This document shows, one piece after another, positions 18,867 through 26,670 of a DNA stretch of 33,935 nucleotides; position 1 is the stretch's first letter, and every line of letters begins with the position of its first letter. Made by a program: the position numbers and the translations under genes. The notes beneath the pieces were generated by a model that saw only the letters and a list, made by a program, of their open reading frames with translations, was not told the origin of the DNA and searched no databases. The DNA lies in IMG/VR virus record IMGVR_UViG_3300010370_000122, positions 1 through 33,935 of that record; one strand, given 5' to 3'. This stretch comes from a virus. Taxonomy: Duplodnaviria > Caudoviricetes.

Positions 18867-19889
18867 TCAGAAGGGGAGATCGCTGCCGTCCGTGACGGGA
18901 GCGGGTTCGGGGGCCGGCGGCTGCTCGGAGCGCAGCACGCGCATGACGGTGAGCGCCTTGCCGACGCGGGCCACGTCCATCGTGAGCTTCCCGTTGATCG
19001 ACTCCTCGGCGAGGTCCGCGTACTCTTTGACGGTGGTGGCGATCCAAGCGGCCCCGTGCTCGCCCGTGGCCTCGATGGCGATGGCGCGGCCGGGGCGGCG
19101 CACGACGCGGTGGATGCGGAAGGTGCCCTCGTACTCGTCGGGGTAGGAGTCGGTCGGCCCAGCGACGGGCGCGTCCGTGGCGGTCGGCGTGGCCGCAGGC
19201 GCCTCCTGCGGCTTCCGGGGCTTGCGGGCGGGCTTCGGGGCGTCGGCGACGGCTGGCGCGTCCTGGGGCAACGTAGCGGCCTCCACGGGCGCAGGCAGGA
19301 CAGCCACGACGTGGGGCTGCGGAGCCGGGGCGGCGGGGGGGTTGTCCTGCTGACCCATCTCCTCGGCGGTATAGAGCCCGGACAGTTCGGCTGGGAACGC
19401 CTTGCGGAGCGCCAACGCCTCGGCGCACTTGGCGATCATCACGGACGGCATCTTCGGCCACATGCCCGACAGGCTGCCGTCCTTCTTGCGCTGCGCGTAC
19501 TCGCGGAACAGGGCGACGGCAGTCACGGCCTCGACGAACCCCTTGCGGTACACCCCGACGCGAGCGGCGGCGGGCGGCTCGTCGGACAGCCACACGTCGG
19601 TCCAGACGCCGTCCTGCCCGCAGAACGCCACCGAGGTCTGTCCCGCGTACTCGCCGCTGCGCTGCGCGACCAGGCGGAACCCGTCGATTGACACCTGCGT
19701 CTGCATCACCTCGCGGCCGGCGCGGCTGTCCCACCGCTTGACGGCGTAAATCTGGCGGGCGAACGGGTCAAGGCCCGTGCGGTCGCACACGCTGAAGAAC
19801 AACTCCATCTCGTCGCGGCTCGCTCCAGCGCACAGGGTGCGGGCGAGCAGGTCGCGCTTCTCGTCATCCAAACGTGCCAATGCAGTCAT
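18867..19889 (-). CDS. bet: Phage single-strand annealing recombinase Bet/RecT
   Basis: TGLDPFARQIYAVKR...SIDGFR...WPKMPSVMIAKCAEALALRKAFP...SGLYTAEEM. GAGGAG RBS before ATG19889. Confidence 0.92.
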   Translation of the reverse strand: MTALARLDDEKRDLLARTLCAGASRDEMELFFSVCDRTGLDPFARQIYAVKRWDSRAGREVMQTQVSIDGFRLVAQRSGEYAGQTSVAFCGQDGVWTDVWLSDEPPAAARVGVYRKGFVEAVTAVALFREYAQRKKDGSLSGMWPKMPSVMIAKCAEALALRKAFPAELSGLYTAEEMGQQDNPPAAPAPQPHVVAVLPAPVEAATLPQDAPAVADAPKPARKPRKPQEAPAATPTATDAPVAGPTDSYPDEYEGTFRIHRVVRRPGRAIAIEATGEHGAAWIATTVKEYADLAEESINGKLTMDVARVGKALTVMRVLRSEQPPAPEPAPVTDGSDLPF

Positions 19890-19905
19890 CGTGATCTCCT
19901 CTCGG

Positions 19906-20211
19906 TTAGGCGGCGTGGTGGTGAAGGGGCAGGGACGGCAGTGCAACATGAACGGACGGATTCGTCTCAATCAGGCGCTGGCATCCGCGCTTGTGAATGA
20001 TGGAACGGATCGCGAACGACACGCTCATGGACTTGGACGATGACGCCGTCCGGCCCCACCGCAGTCCGTCGCGATCTCCGACGAAATACCACACGGTGCC
20101 ATCAGGCCGCTCAAGCCGAAACGCACGGTACTTCTTGCTTGCGGACTTCTCCTCAACGCACCCGAGGTGCAGAAGGCCAGCCACATGAACATCATGGAAC
20201 GTGAATCGCAT
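19906..20211 (-). CDS. Hypothetical early protein
   Basis: GAGAGGAG RBS, first gene after a strong promoter. Confidence 0.6.
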   Translation of the reverse strand: MRFTFHDVHVAGLLHLGCVEEKSASKKYRAFRLERPDGTVWYFVGDRDGLRWGRTASSSKSMSVSFAIRSIIHKRGCQRLIETNPSVHVALPSLPLHHHAA

Positions 20212-20267
20212 TGCGATCTCCTCTCGTTTCGCCAGCATCGGGCAACGCGCCCACCGCTGACGTGGTC

Positions 20268-20295
20268 AGTATACGCCCCGGTATGGAGTTGTCAA
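20268..20295 (-). promoter_or_regulatory. Sigma70-type promoter TTGACA-N16-TATACT with ATAC-N6-GTAT palindrome
   Basis: Near-consensus hexamers read directly on the minus strand in an intergenic position. Confidence 0.8.
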
Positions 20296-20702
20296 GCCCA
20301 CACCTTCACCAAAGTTTCCGCCGTGTCCCCCCATTCCTTGGCCGCGGACAAGATGGCGACCTGCGCGTCATCCACGTACACAACCCCGGTCATGGCATCC
20401 AGGGCAGCGCGGCAGAGCTTGTCGAGGTCCGGGCGACCGGGCGCACGCGGCGCGCTCGAGCGCAGCATGCCCGTGCTGGTGTAGTGCGACTTTGGGCGCG
20501 GGAACCGGAACAGGAGTTCGACGGCGACCGCGTCGCCTGCCGGCGGTGCGGTCCACGCCTGCCGCGCCGCCAGCGCGAACACGGCGCGATACGGCTTCAC
20601 CTTGGCGGATGACTCCACGAGGGCGACGCGCCCGCTGCGGAGCCGGATCGCCCGCTTGCTTCCCTGCGGCGCGGCCAGCCCGGGCACGGTGAACTCAATC
20701 AT
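20292..20702 (-). CDS. rusA: RusA-family Holliday junction resolvase
   Basis: APQGSK...FRFPRPKSH...PDLDKLCRAALDAMTGVVYVDDAQV. Confidence 0.9.
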   Translation of the reverse strand: MIEFTVPGLAAPQGSKRAIRLRSGRVALVESSAKVKPYRAVFALAARQAWTAPPAGDAVAVELLFRFPRPKSHYTSTGMLRSSAPRAPGRPDLDKLCRAALDAMTGVVYVDDAQVAILSAAKEWGDTAETLVKVWA

Positions 20703-20883
20703 CTCGCCTCCTGTGGTTCGTCTCTCGCAGCACGTAGTCGTTCACCCGACGCAGCGCCTTCGCCAGTTCGTGCCGCAGGTACACGACCTCCTGCATGAGC
20801 TCGAGCGTGAGCGGATCGTCGGTCCCGCTTGCCCGCGTGCGGTCAACGATGTCCTCTTCCGTCTCGCCTCTCCCAGGTTTCAT
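20695..20883 (-). CDS. Small hypothetical protein (DIVxR...ExxxLR family)
   Basis: Translationally coupled within the operon. EDIVDR...QEVVYLRHELA. Confidence 0.6.
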   Translation of the reverse strand: MKPGRGETEEDIVDRTRASGTDDPLTLELMQEVVYLRHELAKALRRVNDYVLRETNHRRRDD

Positions 20884-21131
20884 CAGCCGCTGCCCTCATA
20901 AAGGATCTTCGTGATGTGCGCGGGCAGGCATCGTCGGCAGAGCGCGAGTTCGGTACGCAGGCGCAGGATCTCGGCGCGTGCCTCGGCGCGTTCGGCGTTC
21001 GCCATCTCGCCCATGCCGGCCCACGTCACGGCGAGGCGGTCGCATATGTCAGCGCCCGGGGGCGGGAACGCCCCGCCCCCAGGCTCTCCATAACACGAAG
21101 GTGCGGTGTGCTCGTCGCCGTAGTCACGCAC
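20883..21131 (-). CDS. Small hypothetical protein (DIVxR...EIxRLR family)
   Basis: GAGGAG RBS, GTG start. DICDRL...ARAEILRLRTELA. Confidence 0.6.
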   Translation of the reverse strand: MRDYGDEHTAPSCYGEPGGGAFPPPGADICDRLAVTWAGMGEMANAERAEARAEILRLRTELALCRRCLPAHITKILYEGSG

Positions 21132-21327
21132 GGATGGCTCCTCTCCGTGCGTCCGCGGCTTCGCGCATGAGTTCCTCCATCGCGTCGGCGATGCGCCAGT
21201 AGAACGCGGCCTCGGCGCGGCACGACTCGGCGAAGTCGGCGTGCTTGGCCGGCTGCTTGTCGGCGGCGGCGAGTTTGGTATTGGCGCGCTGGCGCACCAT
21301 CGCGAGGACGTGGTCGGGGTTCGGCAT
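21124..21327 (-). CDS. Small hypothetical helical protein
   Basis: Overlapping start/stop with neighbours, GC3 bias. Confidence 0.6.
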   Translation of the reverse strand: MPNPDHVLAMVRQRANTKLAAADKQPAKHADFAESCRAEAAFYWRIADAMEELMREAADARRGAIRA

Positions 21328-21533
21328 CAGAGTTCCCTCACTTCGTATTCCTGCAACTGCGAGAGCAGCCGCACGTTGCGGTCCCGCGACTCCTTCAGCA
21401 TCACGGCCCCGGCGTTCACCAACGCCTCAAGCCGTTCGATCTCGTCCGCTGCCTGCACCATCAACTCCGCTTCGACGCGGGGGGTCAGGCCGTTGGACAG
21501 CAGGCGCAACTGCGAAACGATGTGATTCTTCAT
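21327..21533 (-). CDS. Small hypothetical protein (AADEIERL family)
   Basis: ATGA overlap at 21530-21533. HIVSQLR...AADEIERLEA. Confidence 0.65.
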   Translation of the reverse strand: MKNHIVSQLRLLSNGLTPRVEAELMVQAADEIERLEALVNAGAVMLKESRDRNVRLLSQLQEYEVREL

Positions 21534-21733
21534 GGCTCTTCCTTGAAGCAAAACCATCCGCGTTCTAGCGCATAGTCACGCGGCGGATGAATCGACAGAT
21601 TGCACACCTCCCGCCTCGCCTCGTCGCGCTCCTTCCGCAGCCGTTCGATCTCGTCGGCGGCTTTGCGGCAGATTTCGCCGTGCGGAACGCAAGTGCAGTC
21701 GCGCAGCCGGATCACGATGTCAGGGTCGCTCAT
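21530..21733 (-). CDS. Small hypothetical protein (AADEIERL family)
   Basis: AAGGAGG RBS. MSDPDIVIRLR...AADEIERLRKERDEARREVC. Confidence 0.7.
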   Translation of the reverse strand: MSDPDIVIRLRDCTCVPHGEICRKAADEIERLRKERDEARREVCNLSIHPPRDYALERGWFCFKEEP

Positions 21734-21915
21734 CGGTCCTCCTTGTTTCGTTCGATCCGCACCGCCTTCGGGGCGATGATGACGATATGGCATTTGCCGA
21801 TCTGCTTCGGCGTCGGGGCCACGACGCACACGGTGCCGTCCGGGTGGACGAGCGAGACGCTCTGGCCATGGCGCAGCGTCATGGCGACTTGGCCCGTATT
21901 TGTGCTGTCAATCAT
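21730..21915 (-). CDS. Divergent CsrA/RsmA-like RNA-binding protein
   Basis: 61 aa. VAMTLRHGQSVSL...HIVIIAPKAVRIER aligns by eye with CsrA (LILTRRVGETL...RIGVNAPKEVSVHR). ATGA overlaps on both sides. Confidence 0.55.
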   Translation of the reverse strand: MIDSTNTGQVAMTLRHGQSVSLVHPDGTVCVVAPTPKQIGKCHIVIIAPKAVRIERNKEDR

Positions 21916-23513
21916 GGATTTCCCTCCGCAGCAGCGATCCTTTCCCCGATCCAGGCCATGCAGTTCACGGCCATTGAGTTCCCGAGGGCTTTGTACCTCG
22001 GCCCGTCCGGGCATTCCTCGGCGGGCTTCTCGCGCCACGGGATGAGCGTCCAATCGTCGGGGAAGCCCTGGAGTCGCTCGCACTCACGCGGGGTGAGGCG
22101 GCGCACGGTCATGGCTTGAGCCACCGCTGCTGTCGCGCATCCGCCCTTGCTTCCGGTTCCGAGCGCATGGGATGATTCGCTGCTGCTGATGGGGTCTTGC
22201 GTGGGATGGAACGCCACCGCCTGCTTGTTGTTCCCGCCCCCACCTGCCTCAAGCGTGCAAGCCACATCAACTTGCGCCCCAAGGCTTCGCGCTTCTGCTG
22301 ACTGTCCGGGCTTGAACGCCATCACGGTCGGCCCGCTCGCGTTGACGCTTGATCCCGGCGTACCCATCGTCGCCGCCACGTCGCCCGTGATCGCGCCGTT
22401 GTAGAGATCCGTGCCGACCACCGCCGCATGGGCCGCGTTGTCCCGCGCCAGCGTATGGCACGGGTCACCCGGCTTGCGGTTCTGGCGGTTCACCGGGGCG
22501 GTGATCTGGAACAGGTCGTAGGGGACGGGCTGGGCTATGTACGTCTGTTGGTGCGTACCGGGCTCCGCAGCCAATGCTCCAGGCACCTCAACCTCACGCA
22601 CCTCCTCGCGTTGGTTCTGCGAGAAGGCGACCGGGATGTCCGCCCCGTGTCCGTCAAGTTCCGTGTGCGACCGCAGGCCACGGTTGCCGATGGTTCCGGC
22701 GACGGGTTGTGCTACGCATTCCTCATGGTTGTTTCGACTGTTTCCAAACCTGGCTGCGATAGTTGCTGACACCTTGCCAACCATCGTGAAACCGTCCGCA
22801 CGGTTGTAGTCGTGACAGGTCGTTTCAAGGTACGGAGCTACGTCGTGGCTTGTGACGCAGCCTGCTCGAGCGCCTGCTTCAGCATCGGAGGCAGCTGCTT
22901 TCCGCGCTTTTCCGCTCTCCTCAAGATGCCAGCGCAGGCCCGTGCCGAGAGCGAGAACCTCGGCGGCACGTTCCCGACCTCGAGGATCTCGCTCAAGGTC
23001 GCAACCAACGACGAACACCCGTCGCCTGCGTTGCGGGACGGCCTTGGGCCATCGTCCGTCCACTCGGCAGTATTGAGCGTCAATGACCCGGTAGGCCCAC
23101 CCGTACCGCAGTTCCCCCAGCGCCCCGAGGAAGGAACCAAAGTCCCGTCCTCCTCCCGATGACAGGACGCCGGGGACGTTCTCCCAGACAATCCATCGAG
23201 GCCGCAGACGTTGAGCGATCTCAAGATAGGTAAGCATGAGTCCTCCTCGTGGGTCGCTGATCCCTTTGCGGAGGCCGGCAACGGAGAAGGACTGGCAGGG
23301 GGTTCCGCCCACGAGAAGGTCAATTGATCCGGGTCCAAGAGGCCACTCCTTGTGTTTCGTCATGTCCCCGTAGTTGGGGACGTTGGGGAAACGGTGCGCG
23401 AGCACCGCTGCGGGAAACGGTTCGATCTCGCTGAACGCGACGGGGGTCCACCCGAGGTGGTGCCATGCGACGGAGGCGGCCTCAATGCCGCTGCACACGG
23501 AGAGGTATCTCAC
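21912..23513 (-). CDS. dcm: DNA (cytosine-5) methyltransferase with long variable region
   Basis: Motifs SVCSGIE (I), GGTPCQSFS (IV), WENV (VI), QRRRRVF (VIII), RRLTPRECERLQGFPD (IX), YKALGNS (X). GTG start overlaps the upstream TGA. Confidence 0.93.
   Translation of the reverse strand: MRYLSVCSGIEAASVAWHHLGWTPVAFSEIEPFPAAVLAHRFPNVPNYGDMTKHKEWPLGPGSIDLLVGGTPCQSFSVAGLRKGISDPRGGLMLTYLEIAQRLRPRWIVWENVPGVLSSGGGRDFGSFLGALGELRYGWAYRVIDAQYCRVDGRWPKAVPQRRRRVFVVGCDLERDPRGRERAAEVLALGTGLRWHLEESGKARKAAASDAEAGARAGCVTSHDVAPYLETTCHDYNRADGFTMVGKVSATIAARFGNSRNNHEECVAQPVAGTIGNRGLRSHTELDGHGADIPVAFSQNQREEVREVEVPGALAAEPGTHQQTYIAQPVPYDLFQITAPVNRQNRKPGDPCHTLARDNAAHAAVVGTDLYNGAITGDVAATMGTPGSSVNASGPTVMAFKPGQSAEARSLGAQVDVACTLEAGGGGNNKQAVAFHPTQDPISSSESSHALGTGSKGGCATAAVAQAMTVRRLTPRECERLQGFPDDWTLIPWREKPAEECPDGPRYKALGNSMAVNCMAWIGERIAAAEGNP
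22838..23338 (-). CDS. Nested alternative-frame ORF resembling M.EcoHK31I beta-type polypeptide
   Basis: TTG start with AAGGAG 7 nt upstream. WGNCG...LNTAEW...LSEILE...LSARACAGILRRAEKRGKQLP. Confidence 0.6.
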   Translation of the reverse strand: MDPDQLTFSWAEPPASPSPLPASAKGSATHEEDSCLPILRSLNVCGLDGLSGRTSPASCHREEDGTLVPSSGRWGNCGTGGPTGSLTLNTAEWTDDGPRPSRNAGDGCSSLVATLSEILEVGNVPPRFSLSARACAGILRRAEKRGKQLPPMLKQALEQAASQATT

Positions 23514-23851
23514 GCTCTCCTCGCTTCCACGCCGGCGGCGCGAAGCATCTTTGCGACCTCGGCAGACTCGAGCGCCCTCAGGATCTCCTGCATGGGGAAA
23601 TCGCTCGGCACCTTGGACGGGTGATCCAGCGCGACGCCGTCCAGGATGATCCTGAACGGGTGCCAGAACCGCACTTCCCACGCCTCGCGCACGACGCTGC
23701 CGTGCTGGTGGAACCGCTCGATGTCCTCGCGTTCCCACCGCACGTCGAGGATCGCCTCGACCTGATGATCGGCGAGGTACTCGAGCACGGCGGCGTCAGG
23801 GCCGAACAGCGCATCTGACACCTCAATGGTCACTTCGGTGGAGAGCATCAT
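23510..23851 (-). CDS. Hypothetical protein
   Basis: ATGA/GTGA coupling on both sides, GGAG RBS. Confidence 0.65.
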   Translation of the reverse strand: MMLSTEVTIEVSDALFGPDAAVLEYLADHQVEAILDVRWEREDIERFHQHGSVVREAWEVRFWHPFRIILDGVALDHPSKVPSDFPMQEILRALESAEVAKMLRAAGVEARRA

Positions 23852-24153
23852 GCGAGGCTCCATTCGCGAATGAGGCGGCCGTGAGTGGACGGACGCTTGC
23901 TCGGCACGACGCGCCCGGTCCATTGGAACTTGGCGTCGAACACCGACCCGGCTGCGTTGCCGAGGTCCGCGTAGTCCAGGTTGTTGGCGGCCATAAGCTC
24001 GGCGACATCGTCGGCCGTGACGGTGCCGTATTCCCGGGCAATAAACGCGGCGAACCCGCGGGCGGCCGCGAGCAGTTCGTGCCGGCGGTCGGCGGCGAGC
24101 GCCTTCCCGATTTCCTTGCGGCGCTGCGCTTCGGCGTGGTCAAAGAGAGTCAC
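23848..24153 (-). CDS. Hypothetical phage protein, possible winged helix
   Basis: GGAGG RBS. TVTADDV...GNAAGSVF...SKRPSTHGRLIREW pattern. Confidence 0.65.
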   Translation of the reverse strand: MTLFDHAEAQRRKEIGKALAADRRHELLAAARGFAAFIAREYGTVTADDVAELMAANNLDYADLGNAAGSVFDAKFQWTGRVVPSKRPSTHGRLIREWSLA

Positions 24154-24395
24154 TTGGGCCTCCGTGCGACCACGTCGCGGTTCAGGATTCCGGTGTCGTG
24201 CAGGACGTAACCGCGCCCCGGTACGTGCTCGAGCCGCACCCGGAACAACGTCCGGGCGCGGTCAATGGTGTAGTTCACGTTGCGCGTGGTGCATCCCCAA
24301 TCCCGCGCCAGTTCGGCACGGGTCCGCGGGGCGCGGTCTAGGGTGCGGATGAGCGAGCAGACGCGCTTAACGAGCTGTGCGGTGGAGTTGCTCAA
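24150..24395 (-). CDS. Winged-HTH DNA-binding protein (HTH_11-like)
   Basis: TRAELARDWGCTTRNVNYTIDR...GRGYVL. TTG24395 overlaps the upstream TGA and has a GGGAG RBS. Confidence 0.7.
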   Translation of the reverse strand: MSNSTAQLVKRVCSLIRTLDRAPRTRAELARDWGCTTRNVNYTIDRARTLFRVRLEHVPGRGYVLHDTGILNRDVVARRPK

Positions 24396-24595
24396 GACAG
24401 GCTCCCATACTCGTCGCCGCAGATGGGGCAACGGTCAGCGGCGGGGCGGTCCTGCTCGGCGCGGCGCTTGATCTCGAGGTCAACCATCGCGAACACCTGC
24501 GCCTCGAGCTCGGCATGCCGGCGCTGGGCATCGAGCAACGTGCGGGCCTTCTCCTGCGACTCCAGAATCTCGGCGATGAATCGGCTTCGGTTCAT
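24392..24595 (-). CDS. Hypothetical protein, first gene of the leftward operon (C-terminal CPIC)
   Basis: GAGAGGA RBS, 67 aa, helical. Confidence 0.65.
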   Translation of the reverse strand: MNRSRFIAEILESQEKARTLLDAQRRHAELEAQVFAMVDLEIKRRAEQDRPAADRCPICGDEYGSLS

Positions 24596-24647
24596 TGTGT
24601 CCTCTCGTTGTTGGCGGCCTCGGCAACACGCCTCGGCCGACATGCGT

Positions 24648-24677
24648 GGTGTACATCGGTGTATATCGACCGCGCAA
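24648..24677 (-). promoter_or_regulatory. Putative leftward promoter TTGCGC-N18-TACACC with ATAC-N6-GTAC, AT-rich UP-like tract at 24688-24710
   Basis: Same geometry and same downstream leader hairpin as the 20268-20295 promoter. Confidence 0.55.
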
Positions 24678-24753
24678 GGGGGGAACATGAGAAAAAATCA
24701 GAAATATTTCCGCCAACGTGAAATGCGGGCGAGCGTTGGTAGGGTGCGGCCGG

Positions 24754-25710
24754 ATGGCAGCATCGGCCAAACCAGCCGCGCCCAAGCTCATCCCGCAACG
24801 CGGGGGAAACGCGCCGCTGCCATTCACGGTGACCTCGGAGAGCCGCAACATCCACACGGTCACGCTCGACGGAAACAGCCGCACCCAGGAATGGATGTTC
24901 CTGCTGACGAGCGACCGTCACCACGACAATCCGCACACGAACCACGACCTCGAGCGCAAGCACCTCGAGGAAGCGGTCGAGCGCAAGGCCGGCATTCTCG
25001 ACATCGGTGACAACGGCTGTCTGATGGAGGGAAGGCACGATCCACGCCGCGCTCGCCGGGGTGTTCGTGAAGAACACATGGATGCGCCCGACTACCTCGA
25101 CAGCGTGATCCGCCACGCCTCCGAGTTCTATGCACCGTATGCACGGAACTTCGTGATGATCGGCCGCGGAAACCATGAGGACAGCGTTCTCAAAAACTGC
25201 GACACTGACTACACGGAGCGGCTTTGCGAACGCATGAGCATGCTGACCGGGTACAAGGTTCATGCCGGCGGCTACGGCGGCTGGGTGCGGTTCCAGGTGC
25301 AGATCAACAACGAGCGGTACGGGCTGTCCCTGAAGTATTTCCACGGCGCAGGAGGGGCTGCGCTGATGTCGCACGGCACGCTCAACGTGCGGCGCAACGC
25401 CGCCGTCATGCCTGACGCCGACGTGATTTGCACGGGCCACATCCACAAGCGGTGGATATTGCCCATCATGCGCGAGCGATTGGTATGCGACCGCGGCGGT
25501 CCCCGCGTCGTGCAGGACCGCCAGTGGCACATCTGCACTGGCAGTTACAAGGATGCCTTCGGGGACGGGCATTCCGGCTGGGAAGTGATGAAGGGATTCC
25601 CGCCGAGCGATTCGGGCGGCGGCGTATGGATGCGCCTGTATCTTGAAAAGCGCAGCGCGGAAGGCCGTACCCGCTACGGACTCGTCCCGCAGTTCATCAT
25701 GGCCGACTAA
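24754..25710 (+). CDS. Calcineurin-like metallophosphoesterase
   Basis: DxH (SDRH), GD (IGDN), GNHE, HG and GHxH (GHIH) motifs in order. ATG24754 lies 8 nt after TGG-TAGGGT; start uncertain. Confidence 0.85.
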   Translation: MAASAKPAAPKLIPQRGGNAPLPFTVTSESRNIHTVTLDGNSRTQEWMFLLTSDRHHDNPHTNHDLERKHLEEAVERKAGILDIGDNGCLMEGRHDPRRARRGVREEHMDAPDYLDSVIRHASEFYAPYARNFVMIGRGNHEDSVLKNCDTDYTERLCERMSMLTGYKVHAGGYGGWVRFQVQINNERYGLSLKYFHGAGGAALMSHGTLNVRRNAAVMPDADVICTGHIHKRWILPIMRERLVCDRGGPRVVQDRQWHICTGSYKDAFGDGHSGWEVMKGFPPSDSGGGVWMRLYLEKRSAEGRTRYGLVPQFIMAD

Positions 25711-25734
25711 CTGGCCGTTTCAGAAGGACAGAGC

Positions 25735-26001
25735 ATGCCGACCCCAGCCAAGGGCAAGCGATTCGTGAAGGTGGTCCGCAACCCGGAGACGGGCCGCACC
25801 CGCAAGGTGTCCTACGGGCAGGCCGGCAAGGCCAAGGGCGGCGGTGACCGCATCAAGCCAGGAACCGCGAAGGGCGACGCCTACTGCGCCCGCAGCTTCG
25901 CGCAGATGAAGGCGCATCCGGCCGCGGCACGAAACCCCAACAGCCCGCTGCGGCTCTCCCGTGCGAAATGGAAATGCAGCGGCAAGACCTCGAGAGGATG
26001 A
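25735..26001 (+). CDS. Small very basic phage protein (YCARS...SRAKWKC)
   Basis: AAGGA RBS, K/R-rich 88 aa. Confidence 0.75.
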   Translation: MPTPAKGKRFVKVVRNPETGRTRKVSYGQAGKAKGGGDRIKPGTAKGDAYCARSFAQMKAHPAAARNPNSPLRLSRAKWKCSGKTSRG

Positions 26002-26005
26002 CATC

Positions 26006-26131
26006 ATGGCAAAGCGTGGCCTGTACGCCAACATCAACGCACGTCGCAAGGCCGGCACCAGCCGACCCAAGTCGAAGTCCACGGTCAGCGCGAAGTCGTA
26101 TGCGGCCATGAAGCGCGGGTTCACGAAGTGA
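26006..26131 (+). CDS. 41-aa basic peptide (absent from ORF track)
   Basis: MAKRGLYANINARRKAGTSRPKSKSTVSAKSYAAMKRGFTK, GAGAGGA RBS. Confidence 0.75.
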   Translation: MAKRGLYANINARRKAGTSRPKSKSTVSAKSYAAMKRGFTK

Positions 26132-26135
26132 TGCC

Positions 26136-26399
26136 ATGCGCGTCTTACTCGGCGGGAAGTACTGGACGTTGAGGTTCTCGGGGAACCTCAAGGACTACGG
26201 AAGCATGGTCGATCCAGGCAACGCCGAGGGTCGGCTCATCCGCATCGGCACTTGGCAAAGCGAGAAAGACACGTTGGACACCATTGTCCACGAAGCCTTG
26301 CACTGCATCGAGCCTTGTTGGACCGAGGAGCGTGTGGCCGAAGCAAGCAAGGAGCTCTCCCATATGCTTTGGCGCTTGGGCTACAGGCGCAACCCGTAA
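26136..26399 (+). CDS. Small HExxH zincin-like protein
   Basis: DTIVHEALH preceded by beta strands, followed by a TEERV helix. Confidence 0.7.
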   Translation: MRVLLGGKYWTLRFSGNLKDYGSMVDPGNAEGRLIRIGTWQSEKDTLDTIVHEALHCIEPCWTEERVAEASKELSHMLWRLGYRRNP

Positions 26400-26516
26400 G
26401 AAACTCTTACAGAGTCTCCTTTTCGCTTACGACATAGCCACAACGACCCAAAACGCGTTCGACACCTTATGCGGACCTGTACGGGGGATCGACAGGCGGC
26501 GGCGTATCATCCGGGT

Positions 26517-26670
26517 GCGGAGGCGTGGGTCTGCGGGTGTCGGAGCCCAACCACCCACACGGGCCGGCGCAGAAGGGCCGCGAGGTACGACCGCCGGCAG
26601 GCCACGCATTGGGGTAGGAACAACCTCCCGCCCAGGGGCAGGCACGACGAAGCTCGTGCGCTGTCCCGCT
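26517..26670 (+). ncRNA. Candidate structured non-coding RNA, unknown family
   Basis: TATCAT at 26505-26510, closing stem, two internal hairpins (one GNRA-capped) and a 3' hairpin. G-U wobbles favour the + strand. No convincing ORF. Confidence 0.5.

Noticed and set aside
18123-19734. 522-aa (+) and 445-aa (-) ORFs over gp157/bet
   Set aside because: Arg/Gly-rich off-frame or antisense shadows of well-supported genes.
23514-23738. N-terminal extension of the methyltransferase in the ORF track
   Set aside because: Overlaps the upstream gene. Motif I begins immediately after GTG23513.
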